This document shows, in pieces, positions 40,931-55,800 of a stretch of DNA of 64,000 nt; the stretch's first letter is position 1, and each line of letters opens with the position of its first letter. The position numbers and the translations under genes are program-made. The notes under the pieces were generated by a model. That model did not search any database and was not told the origin of the DNA. It was given only the letters and a program-made list of their open reading frames with translations. The DNA comes from the human T2T-CHM13v2.0 reference genome, Homo sapiens: the NCBI RefSeq assembly GCF_009914755.1, contig NC_060948.1. One strand, 5' to 3'.

Positions 40931-42500
40931 TATACTGGAATGTAATGTAATGAACTCGAATGTAATTGACTGGAATGGAATGTACATGAATGGAATGTAA
41001 TCGAATGGAAAGTAATCCAATGGAATAGAATCTAATGCAATAAAATCGACTCAGATAGAGTAGAATGTAATGGAATGGAGTGCAGTGCAATGGAATGGAA
41101 TGGAATGGAATGCAATGGAATGGAATGGAATGGAATGGAATGGAATGGAATGGGATGGAATGGGATGGAATGGTATGGAATGGATAGTAATGGACTGGAG
41201 TGAAATGGACTGGAAAGGAATGGACTCAAATTGAAAGGGCTCGAAAGGAATGGAGACAAATGTAATGGTCTGGAATGGAATGAACACGAATGTAATGCAA
41301 TCCAATAGAATGGAGTCGAATGGCATGGAATATAAAGAAATGGAATCGAAGAGAATGGAAACAAATGGAATGGAATTGAATGGAATGGAATTGAATGGAA
41401 TGGGAACGAATGGAGTGAAATTGTATGCAGTAGAAGAGAATAGAATGGAATGCAAGCGAAAGGAAAGGAATGGATTGGAATGGAATGGAATTCATTGGAA
41501 TGGAAGGGAATGTAGTGTAATGGACAGGCCTGGAATAAAGTGGAATGCTACGGTCTCGAATGGAATAAAAATGTATGGAATGGAATGCAATGAAACGGAA
41601 TCGAATGTCATAGAATGTAATGGAATGCAAAAAAATGGAATCCAAAATCATTGACTGGAAAGGCTGGGTGTCGAAAGGAATTGACTCCAATGGAATGGAA
41701 TCGAATGGAATGGAATATACTGGAATGTAATGTAATGAACTCGAATGTAATTGACTGGAATGGAATGTACATGAATGGAATGTAATCGAATGGAAAGTAA
41801 TCCAATGGAATAGAATCTAATGCAATAAAATCGACTCAGATAGAGTAGAATGTAATGGAATGGAGTGCAGTGCAATGGAATGGAATGGAATGGAATGCAA
41901 TGGAATGGAAGGCAATGCAATGGAATGGAATGGAATGGAATGGAATGGGATGGAATGGTATGGAATGGATAGTAATGGACTGGAGTGAAATGGACTGGAA
42001 AGGAATGGACTCAAATTGAAAGGGCTCGAAAGGAATGGAGACAAATGGAATGGTCTGGAATGGAATGAACACGAATGTAATGCAATCCAATAGAATGGAG
42101 TCGAATGGCAGGGAATATAAAGAAATGGAATCGAAGAGAATGGAAACAAACGGAATGGAATTGAATGGAATGGAATTGAATGGAATGGGAACGAATGGAG
42201 TGAAATTGTATGCAGTAGAAGAGAATAGAATGGAATGCAAGCGAAAGGAAAGGAATGGATTGGAATGGAATGGAATTCATTGGAATGGAAGGGAATGTAG
42301 TGTAATGGACAGGCCTGGAATAAAGTGGAATGCTACGGTCTCGAATGGAATAAAAATGTATGGAATGGAATGCAATGAAACGGAATCGAATGTCATAGAA
42401 TGTAATGGAATGCAAAAAAATGGACTCCAAAATCATTGACTGGAAAGGCTGGGTGTCGAAAGGAATTGACTCCAATGGAATGGAATCGAATGGAATGGAA
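40931..42500 (+). repeat. 785-bp partial-unit tandem duplication (copy 1 40931-41715, copy 2 41716-42500) giving a 4352-bp unit
   Basis: After TCGAATGGAATGGAA at 41715 the sequence jumps back to TATACTGGAATGTAATG (first seen at 40931) instead of continuing GTGAATAG. AGGCCT occurs at 41526 and 42311 (785 apart). Landmark spacing 39116 to 43468 = 4352. Confidence 0.93.
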
Positions 42501-45500
42501 GTGAATAGAATCAAACTAAATCGAATGGAATGGAATTGATAGGAACGGAATGGAAAGGAATGCAATGATTTGGCATGGAATGGAATCGAATGGCATCGAA
42601 TGGAATGGAATGGAATGCAATGGAATGGAATGTATTAGAATGTAATGAACTTTAATGGAATGTACTCGAATGGATTCGACTGGAATGGAATGTTCTGGAA
42701 GTGAATGGACTCCAATGGAATGGATTCAAAAGGAATGGAATCGTACGGAATGGAATCTAATGGAATGGAATTAAATGGAAATGAATCAAATTGAATAGCA
42801 CGGAATTGAATTGAATGGAATCGAATGCAATGGAATCTAATGAAACGGAAAGGAAAGGAATGGAATGGAATGGAATGGGCTGGAATGGAAAGGAATCGAA
42901 ACGAATGGAATGGAATCGAACTGAAGAGACTGGAATGGAATGCACTGGAATGGAAGGGAGTGTAATGGAAGGTTCTCGAAAAAAATGGAACCGAATGGAA
43001 TGGAATTGAATGGAACGGAATAGAGTCGAATGGAATTGAATGGAATGGAATGGACTAGAGTGAAATGGAATCGAACCACAAGGAATGGACAGGAATAGAA
43101 TGGTCTCGAATTGAATGGAATCGTATGGAATGGTCAAACGGAATGGAATGGACAGTCACGGAATGGAATGCACTCGAATGCAATGGAGTCGAAACTAATG
43201 GACTGGAATAGAATGGATTCGACTGGTACGGACTCCAATGGAATGGAATCGAATGGAAGGGAATCGAACGGAATGGACTCGAAGGGAAAAGACTGCAATG
43301 GAAAGGTCTCGAATGGAATGGAAATTAATGGAATGGAATGGAATCGAATGAAATGGAGTCAAAAGGAATGGAATCGAATGGCAAGAAATCAAATGTAATG
43401 GAATCGCAAGGAATTGATGTGAACGGAACGGAATGGAATGGAATCCAAAGGAATGGAATAGAATGGAATGGAATCGAATGGAAAGGACTCGAATGGAAAT
43501 CACTCGAATAGAATGCAATTTAATAAAATAGGATCAAATGTAATGGAATGGAATGGAAAGGAATCGAAACGAAAGGAATGGAGACCGATGGAATGGAATG
43601 GAACAGAGAGCAATGGTATAGAATGGAATGGAATCATCTGGAATGGAATTGAATGGAATGGAATAATATGAAATGGAATGGAATGGAATGGAATGGAATG
43701 CCCTTGAATTAAATGGACTGGAATGGAATGGACTCGAACAGAGTGGAATGGAAAGTGTTGAGATAGAATGGAATGGACTCCTTTGGAATGGTGTAGTATG
43801 CAATGTAATCGACTGGCAGGGAATCAAAAGGAATGTAATCGAATGGATTGGACTGGAATGCAATGGACTCGAATAGATTGGAAACGGAATGCAAAGGAAT
43901 GGAATGGAATAGTATGGAATGGAATGGAAAGGAATGGAGTGGAATAGACTAGAGTGGAATGGAATGGACTGGAAAGCAATGGACTGGAATGGAACTTTCT
44001 TGAATGGACTGGAATCAAACGGAATGGAATGCAATGCAATCAAATGGCATGGAATAAAATAGAATGAAAGAGAATCAAATGGAATTGAATCGAATGGAAT
44101 CGAATGGATTGGAAAGGAATAGAATGGAATGGAATGGAATTGACTCAAATGGAATGGACTAGAATGGAATGGATTCGAATGGAAGGCAAAGGAATGGAAT
44201 CTATTGGAATGGAATGTAATGGAATGGAATGGAAGGGATTGGAATGGACTCGAATGGAATGGACTGCAATAGAAAGGATTCGAATGGAATGAAAAAGAAT
44301 TGAATGGAATAGAACAGAATGGAATCAAATCGAATGAAATGGAATGGAATAGAAAGGAATGGAATGAAATGGAATGGAAAGGATTCGAATGGAATGCAAT
44401 CGAATGGAATGGAATCGAACGGAATGGAATAAAATGGAAGAAAACTGGCAAGAAATGGAATCGAAATGAATGGAGTGTTATGGAACGGACTCAAAAGGAA
44501 TTGAATGTAATAGAATGGAGTGGAGTGGACTCGAATATAATGGACTGGAATGGAATGAAATCACATGGAATGGGAACGAATGGAATGGAATGGAAAGGAA
44601 TGGAATGGAATGGAAAGGAATCGAATGGAAGGGAATGAAAATGAATCAACAGGAATGGAAGGGAATAGAATAGACGGTAATGGAATGGACTCGAATAGAA
44701 TGGACACGAATGCTCAAATTGAATGGACTCGAAAGGAATGGAAAGGAAAGGAATGTCATCGAATGGAATTGAATCGATTGGAATGAAATCGCATAGAATG
44801 GAGTGGAATCAAATGGAATTGAATCGAAAGGAAAGGAAGCGAATGGACTGAAATGAAATGGAATGGAATTGAATGGAAAGTAATGCAATGGAATAGAATG
44901 GAACGAAATTTCACGGAATGGAATCAAACTGAATGGAATCAAATCAATGGAATCTAATCAAATGGAATGGAAAGGAATTGAATGGAGTAGATTGGATTGG
45001 ATGGGATTGGAATGAAATGTACTGGAAAGGACTCGAATTTCATGAAACGGAATGGAATGAATTGGAACGGAATGGACTCGAATGGAATGGAATGTCATGG
45101 AATGGCATCAAATGGAATGGCATCAAATGGAATGGAATCGAATGCAATGGAATGCTATGGAATGGAATGGAATGCATTGGAATGGAATGTCCTCTAATGG
45201 AATGGATTCGAGTGGAATGGAATCGAATATAATGGAGTCGAATGAAATGGAATTGAAAAGAATGGGATCGAATACAATGGAATATACTGGAATGTAATGT
45301 AATGAACTCGAATGTAATTGACTGGAATGGAATGTACATGAATGGAATGTAATCGAATGGAAAGTAATCCAATGGAATAGAATCTAATGCAATAAAATCG
45401 ACTCAGATAGAGTAGAATGTAATGGAATGGAGTGCAGTGCAATGGAATGGAATGGAATGCAATGGAATGGAATGGAATGGAATGGAATGGGATGGAATGG

Positions 45501-48500
45501 TATGGAATGGATAGTAATGGACTGGAAAGGAATGGACTCAAATTGAAAGGGCTCGAAAGGAATGGAGACAAATGGAATGGTCTGGAATGGAATGAACACG
45601 AACGTAATGCAATCCAATAGAATGGAGTCGAATGGCAGGGAATATAAAGAAATGGAATCGAAGAGAATGGAAGCAAATGGAATGGAATTGAATGGAATGG
45701 AATTGAATGGAATGGGAACGAATGGAGTGAAATTGTATGCAGTAGAAGAGAATAGAATGGAATGCAAGCGAAAGGAAAGGAATGGATTGGAATGGAATGG
45801 AATGGAATTCATTGGAATGGAAGGGAATGTAGTGTAATGGACAGGCCTGCAATAAAGTGGAATGCTACGGTCTTGAATGGAATAAAAATGTATGGAATGG
45901 AAAGCAATGAAACGGAATCGAATGTCATAGAATGTAATGCAATGCAAAAAAATGGAATCCAAAATCATTGACTGGAAAGTCTGGGTGTCGAAAGGAATTG
46001 ACTCCGATGGAGTGGAATCGAATGGAATGGAAGTGAATAGAATCAAACTAAATCGAATGGAATGGAATTGATAGGAACGGAATGGAAAGGAATGCAATGA
46101 TTTGGCATGGAATGGAATCGAATGTCTTCAAATGGAATGGAATGGAATGCAATGGAATGGAATGTATTAGAATGTAATGAACTTTAATGGAATATACTCG
46201 AATGGATTCGACTGGAATGGAATGTTCTGGAAGTGAATGGACTCCAATGGAATGGATTCAAAAGGAATGGAATCGTACGCAATGGAATCTAATGGAATGG
46301 AATTAAATGGAAATGAATCAAATTGAATAGCACGGAATTGAATTGAATGGAATGGAATGCAATGGAATCTAATGAAACGGAAAGGAAAGGAATGCAATGG
46401 AATGGAATGGGCTGGAATGGAAAGGAATCGAAACGAATGGAATGGAATCGAACTGAAGAGACTGGAATGGAAAGCACTGGAATGGAAGGGAGTGTAATGT
46501 AAGGTTCTCGAAAAAAATGGAATCGAATGGAATGCAATTGAATGGAACGGAATAGAGTCGAATGCAATTGAATGGAATGGAATGGACTAGAGTGAAATGG
46601 AATCGAACCACAAGGAATGGACAGGAATAGAATGGTCTCGAATTGAATGGAATCGTATGGAATGGCATCAAACGGAATGGAATGGACAGCCACGGAATGG
46701 AATGCACTCGAATGCAATGGAGTCGAAACTAATGGACTGGAATAGAATAGACTCGACTGGTAAGGACTCCAATGGAATGGAATCGAATGGAAGGGAAACG
46801 AACGGAATGGACTCGAAGGGAAAAGACTGCAATGGAAAGGTCTCGAATGGAATGGAAATTAATGGAATGGAATGGAATCGAATGAAATGGAGGCAAAAGG
46901 AATGGAATCGAATGGCAAGAAATCGAATGTAATGGAATCGCAAGGAATTGATGTGAACGGAACGGAATGGAATGGAATCCAAAGGAATGGAATAGAATGG
47001 AATGGAATCGAATGGAAAGGACTCGAATGGAAATCACTCGAATAGAATGCAATTTAATAAAATAGGATCAAATGTAATGGAATGGAATGGAAAGGAATCG
47101 AAACGAAAGGAATGGAGACCGATGGAATGGAATGGAACAGAGAGCAATGGTATAGAATGGAATGGAATCATCTGGAATGGAATTGAATGGAATGGAATAA
47201 TATGAAATGGAATGGAATGGAATGGAATGGAATGCCCTTGAATTAAATGGACTGGAATGGAATGGACTCGAACAGAGTGGAATGGAAAGTGTTGAGATAG
47301 AATGGAATGGACTCCTTTGGAATGGTGTAGTATGCAATGCAATCGACTGGCAGGGAATCAAAAGGAATGTAATCGAATGGATTGGACTGGAATGCAATGG
47401 ACTCGAATAGATTGGAAACGGAATGCAAAGGAATGGAATGGAATAGTATGGAATGGAATGGAAAGGAATGGAGTGGAATAGACTAGAGTGGAATGGAATG
47501 GACTCGAAAGCAATGGACTGGAATGGAACTTTCTTGAATGGACTGGAATCAAACGGAATGGAATGCAATGCAATCAAATGACATGGAATAAGATAGAATG
47601 AAAGAGAATCAAATGGAGTTAAATCGAATGGAATCGAATGGATTGGAAAGGAATAGAATGGAATGGAATGGAATTGACTCAAATGGAATGGACTAGAATG
47701 GAATGGATTCGAATGGAAGGCAAAGGAATGGAATCTATTGGAATGGACTGTAATGGAATGCAATGGAAGGGATTGGAATGGACTCGAATGGAATGGACTG
47801 CAATAGAAAGGATTCGAATGGAATGAAAAAGAATTGAATGGAATAGAACAGAATGGAATCAAATCGAATGAAATGGAATGGAATAGAAAGGAATGGAATG
47901 AAATGGAATGCAAAGGATTCGAATGGAATGCAATCGAATGGAATGGAATCGAACGGAATGGAATAAAATGGAAGAAAACTGGCAAGAAATGGAATCGAAA
48001 TGAATGGAGTGTTATGGAACGGACTCAAAAGGAATTGAATGTAATAGAATGGAGTGGAGTGGACTCGAATATAATGGACTGGAATGGAATGAAATCACAT
48101 GGAATGGGAACGAATGGAATGGAATGGAAAGGAATGGAATCGAATGGAAAGGAATCGAATGGAAGGGAATGAAATTGAATCAACAGGAATGGAAGGGAAT
48201 AGAATAGACGGTAATGGAATGGACTCGAATAGAATGGACACGAATGCTCAAATTGAATGGACTCGAATGGAATGGAAACGAAAGGAATGTCATCGAATGG
48301 AATTGAATCGATTGGAATGAAATCACATAGAATGGAGTGGAATCAAATGGAATTGAATCGAAAGGAAAGGAAGCGAATGGACTGAAATGAAATGGAATGG
48401 AATTGAATGGAAAGTAATGCAATGGAATAGAATGGAACGAAATTTCACGGAACGGAATCAAACTGAATGGAATCAAATCAATGGAATCTAATCAAATGGA

Positions 48501-51500
48501 ATGGAAAGGAATTGAATGGAGTAGATTGGATTGGATGGGATTGGAATGAAATGTACTGGAAAGGACTCGAATTTCATGAAACGGAATGGAATGAATTGGA
48601 ACGGAAGGGACTCGAATGGAATGGAATGTCATGGAATGGCATCAAATGGAATGGCATCAAATGGAATGGAATCGAATGCAATGGAATGTTATGGAATGGA
48701 ATGGAATGCATTGGAATGGAATGTCCTCTAATGGAATGGATTCGAGTGGAATGGAATCGAATATAATGGAGTCGAATGAAATGGAATTGAAAAGAATGGG
48801 ATCGAATACAATGGAATATACTGGAATGAAATGTAATGAACTCGAATGTAATTGACTGGAATGGAATGTACATGAATGGAATGTAATCGAATGGAAGGTA
48901 ATCCAATGGAATAGAATCTAATGCAATAAAATCGACTCAGATAGAGTAGAATGTAATGGAATGGAGTGCAGTGCAATGGAATGGAATGGAATGGAATGCA
49001 ATGGAATGGAATGGAATGGAATGGAATGGGATGGAATGGTATGGAATGGATAGTAATGGACTGGAGTGAAATGGACTGGAAAGGGATGGACTCAAATTGA
49101 AAGGGCTCGAAAGGAATGGAGACAAATGGAATGGTCTGGAATGGAATGAACACGAATGTAATGCAATCCAATAGAATGGAGTCGAATGGCATGGAATATA
49201 AAGAAATGGAATCGAAGAGAATGGAAACAAATGGAATGGAATTGAATGGAATGGAATTGAATGGAATGGGAACGAATGGAGTGAAATTGTATGCAGTAGA
49301 AGAGAATAGAATGGAATGCAAGCGAAAGGAAAGGAATGGATTGGAATGGAATGGAATTCATTGGAATGGAAGGGAATGTAGTGTAATGGACAGGCCTGGA
49401 ATAAAGTGGAATGCTACGGTCTCGAATGGAATAAAAATGTATGGAATGGAATGCAATGAAACGGAATCGAATGTCATAGAATGTAATGGAATGCAAAAAA
49501 ATGGACTCCAAAATCATTGACTGGAAAGGCTGGGTGTCGAAAGGAATTGACTCCAATGGAATGGAATCGAATGGAATGGAAGTGAATAGAATCAAACTAA
49601 ATCGAATGGAATGGAATTGATAGGAACGGAATGGAAAGGAATGCAATGATTTGGCATGGAATGGAACCGAATGGCATCGAATGGAATGGAATGGAATGCA
49701 ATGGAATGGAATGTATTAGAATGTAATGAACTTTAATGGAATGTACTCGAATGGATTCGACTGGAATGGAATGTTCTGGAAGTGAATGGACTCCAATGGA
49801 ATGGATTCAAAAGGAATGCAATCGTACGGAATGGAATCTAATGGAATGGAATTAAATGGAAATGAATCAAATTGAATAGCACGGAATTGAATTGAATGGA
49901 ATGGAATGCAATGGAATCTAATGAAACGGAAAGGAAAGGAATGGAATGGAATGGAATGGGCTGGAATGGAAAGGAATCGAAACGAATGGAATGGAATCGA
50001 ACTGAAGAGACTGGAATGGAATGCACTGGAATGGAAGGGAGTGTAATGGAAGGTTCTCGAAAAAAAGGAATCGAATGGAATGGAATTGAATGGAACGGAA
50101 TAGAGTCGAATGGAATTGAATGGAATGGAATGGACTAGAGTGAAATGGAATCGAACCACAAGGAATGGGCAGGAATAGAATGGTCTCGAATTGAATGGAA
50201 TCGTATGGAATGGCATCAAACGGAATGGAATGGACAGCCCCGGAATGGAATGCACTCGAATGCAATGGAGTCGAAACTAATGGACTGGAATAGAATGGAC
50301 TCGACTGGTACGGACTCCAATGGAATGGAATCGAATGGAAGGGAATCGAACGGAATGGACTCGAAGGGAAAAGACTGCAATGGAAAGGTCTCGAATGGAA
50401 TGGAAATTAATGGAATGGAATGGAATCGAATGAAATGGAGTCAAAAGGAATGGAATCGAAGGGCAAGAAATCGAATGTAATGGAATCGCAAGGAATTGAT
50501 GTGAACGGAACGGAATGGAATGGAATCCAAAGGAATGGAATAGAATGGAATGGAATCGAATGGAAAGGACTCGAATGGAAATCACTCGAATAGAATGCAA
50601 TTTAATAAAATAGGATCAAATGTAATGGAATGGAATGGAAGGGAATCGAAACGAAAGGAATGGAGACAGATGGAATGGAATGGAACAGAGAGCAATGGTA
50701 TAGAATGGAATGGAATCATCTGGAATGGAATTGAATGGAATGGAATAATATGAAATGGAATGGAATGGAATGGAATGGAATGCCCTCGAATTAAATGGAC
50801 TGGAATGGAATGGACTCGAACAGAGTGGAATGGAAAGTGTTGAGATAGAATGGAATGGACTCCTTTGGAATGGTGTAGTATGCAATGCAATCGACTGGCA
50901 GGGAATCAAAAGCAATGTAATGGAATGGATTGGACTGGAATGCAATGGACTCGAATAGATTGGAAACGGCATGCAAAGGAATGGAATGGAATAGTATGGA
51001 ATGGAATGGAAAGGAATGGAGTGGAATAGACTAGAGTGGAATGGAATGGACTGGAAAGCAATGGACTGGAATGGAAGTTTCTTGAATGGACTGGAATCAA
51101 ACGGAATGGAATGCAATGCAATCAAATGGCATGGAATAAAATAGAATGAAAGAGAATCAAATGGAATTGAATCGAATGGAATCGAATGGATTGGAAAGGA
51201 ATAGAATGGAATGGAATGGAATTGACTCAAATGGAATGGACTAGAATGGAATGGATTCGAATGGAAGGCAAAGGAATGGAATCTATTGGAATGGACTGTA
51301 ATGGAATGGAATGGAAGGGATTGGAATGGACTCGAATGGAATGGACTGCAATAGAAAGGATTCGAATGGAATGAAAAAGAATTGAATGGAATAGAACAGA
51401 ATGGAATCAAATCGAATGAAATGGAATGGAATAGAAAGGAATGGAATGAAATGGAATGGAAAGGATTCGAATGGAATGCAATCGAATGGAATGGAATCGA

Positions 51501-52899
51501 ACGGAATGGAATAAAATGGAAGAAAACTGGCAAGAAATGGAATCGAAATGAATGGAGTGTTATGGAACGGACTCAAAAGGAATTGAATGTAATAGAATGG
51601 AGTGGAGTGGACTCGAATATAATGGACTGGAATGGAATGAAATCACATGGAATGGGAACGAATGGAATGGAATGGAAAGGAATGGAATCGAATGGAAAGG
51701 AATCGAATGGAAGGGAATGAAATTGAATCAACAGGAATGGAAGGGAATAGAATAGACGGTAATGGAATGGACTCGAATAGAATGGACACGAATGCTCAAA
51801 TTGAATGGACTCGAAAGGAATGGAAAGGAAAGGAATGTCATCGAATGGAATTGAATCGATTGGAATGAAATCGCATAGAATGGAGTGGAATCAAATGGAA
51901 TTGAATCGAAAGGAAAGGAAGCGAATGGACTGAAATGAAATGGAATGGAATTGAATGGAAAGTAATGCAATGGAATAGAATGGAACGAAATTTCACGGAA
52001 TGGAATCAAACTGAATGGAATCAAATCAATGGAATCTAATCAAATGGAATGGAAAGGAATTGAATGGAGTAGATTGGATTGGATGGGATTGGAATGAAAT
52101 GTACTGGAAAGGACTCGAATTTCATGAAACGGAATGGAATGAATTGGAACGGAATGGACTCGAATGGAATGGAATGTCATGGAATGGCATCAAATGGAAT
52201 GGCATCAAATGGAATGGAATCGAATGCAATGGAATGCTATGGAATGGAATGGAATGCATTGGAATGGAATGTCCTCTAATGGAATGGATTCGAGTGGAAT
52301 GGAATCGAATATAATGGAGTCGAATGAAATGGAATTGAAAGGAATGGGATCGAATAGAATAGAATATACTGGAATGTAATGTAATGAACTCGAATGTAAT
52401 TGACTGGAATGGAATGTACATGAATGGAATGTAATCGAATGGAAAGTAATCCAATGGAATAGAATCTAATGCAATAAAATCGACTCAAATAGAGTAGAAT
52501 GTAATGGAATGGAGTGCAGTGCAATGGAATGCAATGGAATGGAATGGAATGGAATGGAATGGGATGGAATGGTATGGAATGGATAGTAATGGACTGGAGT
52601 GAAATGGACTGGAAAGGAATGGACTCAAATTGAAAGGGCTCGAAAGGAATGGAGTCAAATGGAATGGTCTGGAATGGAATGAACACGAATGTAATGCAAT
52701 CCAATAGAATGGAATCGAATGGCATGGAATATAAAGAAATGGAATCGAAGAGAATGGAAACAAATTGAATGGAATTGAATGGAATGGAATTGAATGGAAT
52801 GGGAACGAATGGAGTGAAATTGTATGCAGTAGAAGAGAATAGAATGGAATGCAAGCGAAAGGAAAGGAATGGATTGGAATGGAATGGAATTCATTGGAA

Positions 52900-55800
52900 T
52901 GGAAGGGAATGTAGTGTAATGGACAGGCCTGGAATAAAGTGGAATGCTACGGTCTCGAATGGAATAAAAATGTATTGAATGGAATGCAATGAAACGGAAT
53001 CGAATGTCATAGAATGTAATGGAATGCAAAAAATGGAATCCAAAATCATTGACTGGAAAGGCTGGGTGTCGAAAGGAATTGACTCCAATGGAATGGAATC
53101 GAATGGAATGGAAGTGAATAGAATCGAACTAAATCGAATGGAATGGAATTGATAGGAACGGAATGGAAAGGAATGCAATGATTTGGCATGGAATGGAATC
53201 GAATGGCATCGAATGGAATGGAATGGAATGCAATGGAATGGAATGTGTTAGAATGTAATGAACTTTAATGGAATGTACTCGAATGGATTCGACTGGAATG
53301 GAATGTTCTGGAAGTGAATGGACTCCAATGGAATGGATTCCAAAGGAATGGAATCGTACGGAATGGAATCTAATGGAATGGAATTAAATGGAAATGAATC
53401 AAATGGAATAGCACGGAATTGAATTGAATGGAATGGAATGCAATGGAATCTAATGAAACGGAAAGGAAAGGAATGGAATGGAATGGAATGGGCCTGAATG
53501 GAAAGGAATCGAAATGAATGGAATAGAATCGAACTGAAGAGACTGGAATGGAATGCACTGGAATGGAAGGGACTGTAATGGAAGGTTCTCGAAAAAAATG
53601 GAATGGAATGGAATGGAATTGAATGGAACGGAATAGAGTCGAATGCAATTGAATGGAATGGAATGGACTAGAGTGAAATGGAATCGAACCACAAGGAATG
53701 GACAGGAATAGAATGGTCTCGAATTGAATGTAATCGTATGGAATGGCATCAAACGGAATGGAATGGACAGCCACGGAATGGAATGCACTCGAATGCAATG
53801 GAGTCGAAACTAATGGACTGGAATAGAATGGACTCGACTGGTACGGACTCCAATGGAATGGAATCGAATGGAAGGGAATCGAACGGAATGGACTCGAAGG
53901 GAAAAGACTGCAATGGAAAGGTCTTGAATGGAATGGAAATTAATGGAATGGAATGGAATCGAATGAAATGGAGTCAAAAGGAATGGAATCGAATGGCAAG
54001 AAATCGAATGTAATGGAATCACAAGGAATTGATGTGAACGGAACGGAATGGAATGGAATCCAAAGGAATGGAATAGAATGGAATGGAATCGAATGGAAAG
54101 GACTCGAATGGAAATCACTCGAATAGAATGCAATTTAATAAAATAGGATCAAATGTAATGGAATGGAATGGAAAGGAATCGAAACGAAAGGAATGGAGAC
54201 AGATGGAATGGAATGGAACAGAGAGCAATGGTATAGAATGGAATGGAATCATCTGGAATGGAATTGAATGGAATGGAATAATATGAAATGGAATGGAATG
54301 GAATGGAATGGAATGGAATGCCCTTGAATTAAATGGAATGGACTCGAACAGAGTGGAATGGAAAGTGTTGAGATAGCATGGAATGGACTCCTTCGGAATG
54401 GTCTAGTATGCAATGCAATCGACTGGCAGGGAATCAAAAGGAATGTAATCGAATGGATTGGACTGGAATGCAATGGACTCGAATAGATTGGAAACGGAAT
54501 GCAAAGGAATGGAATGGAATAGTATGGAATGGAATGGAAAGGAATGGAGTGGAATAGACTAGAGTGGAATGGAATGGACTGGAAAGCAATGGACTGGAAT
54601 GGAACTTTCTTGAATGGACTGGAATCAAACGGAATGGAATGCAATGCAATCAAATGGCATGGAATAAAATAGAATGAAAGAGAATCAAATGGAATTGAAT
54701 CGAATGGAATCGAATGGATTGGAAAGGAATAGAATGGAATGGAATGGAATTGACTCAAATGGAATGGACTAGAATGGAATGGATTCGAATGGAAGGCAAA
54801 GGAATGGAATCTATTGGAATGGACTGTAATGGAATGGAATGGAAGGGATTGGAATGGACTCGAATGGAATGGACTGCAATAGAAAGGATTCGAATGGAAT
54901 GAAAAAGAATTGAATGGAATAGAACAGAATGGAATCAAATCGAATGAAATGGAATGGAATAGAAAGGAATGGAATGAAATGGAATGGAAAGGATTCGAAT
55001 GGAATGCAATCGAATGGAATGGAATCGAACGGAATGGAATAAAATGGAAGAAAACTGGCAAGAAATGGAATCGAAATGAATGGAGTGTTATGGAACGGAC
55101 TCAAAAGGAATTGAATGTAATAGAATGGAGTGGAGTGGACTCGAATATAATGGACTGGAATGGAATGAAATCACATGGAATGGGAACGAATGGAATGGAA
55201 TGGAAAGGAATGGAATCGAATGGAAAGGAATCGAACGGAAGGGAATGAAATTGAATCAACAGGAATGGAAGGGAATAGAATAGACGGTAATGGAATGGAC
55301 TCGAATAGAATGGACACGAATGCTCAAATTGAATGGACTCGAAAGGAATGGAAAGGAAAGGAATGTCATCGAATGGAATTGAATCGATAGGAATGAAATC
55401 GCATAGAATGGAGTGGAATCAAATGGAATTGAATCGAAAGGAAAGGAAGCGAATGGACTGAAATGAAATGGAATGGAATTGAATGGAAATTAATGCAATG
55501 GAATAGAATGGAACGAAATTTCACGGAATAGAATCAAACTGAATGGAATCAAATCAATGGAATCTAATCAAATGGAATGGAAAGGAATTGAATGGAGTAG
55601 ATTGGATTGGATGGGATTGGAATGAAATGTACTGGAAAGGACTCGAATTTCATGAAACGGAATGGAATGAATTGGAACGGAATGGACTCGAATGGAATGG
55701 AATGTCATGGAATGGCATCAAATGGAATGGCATCAAATGGAATGGAATCGAATGCAATGGAATGCTATGGAATGGAATGGAATGCATTGGAATGGAATGT

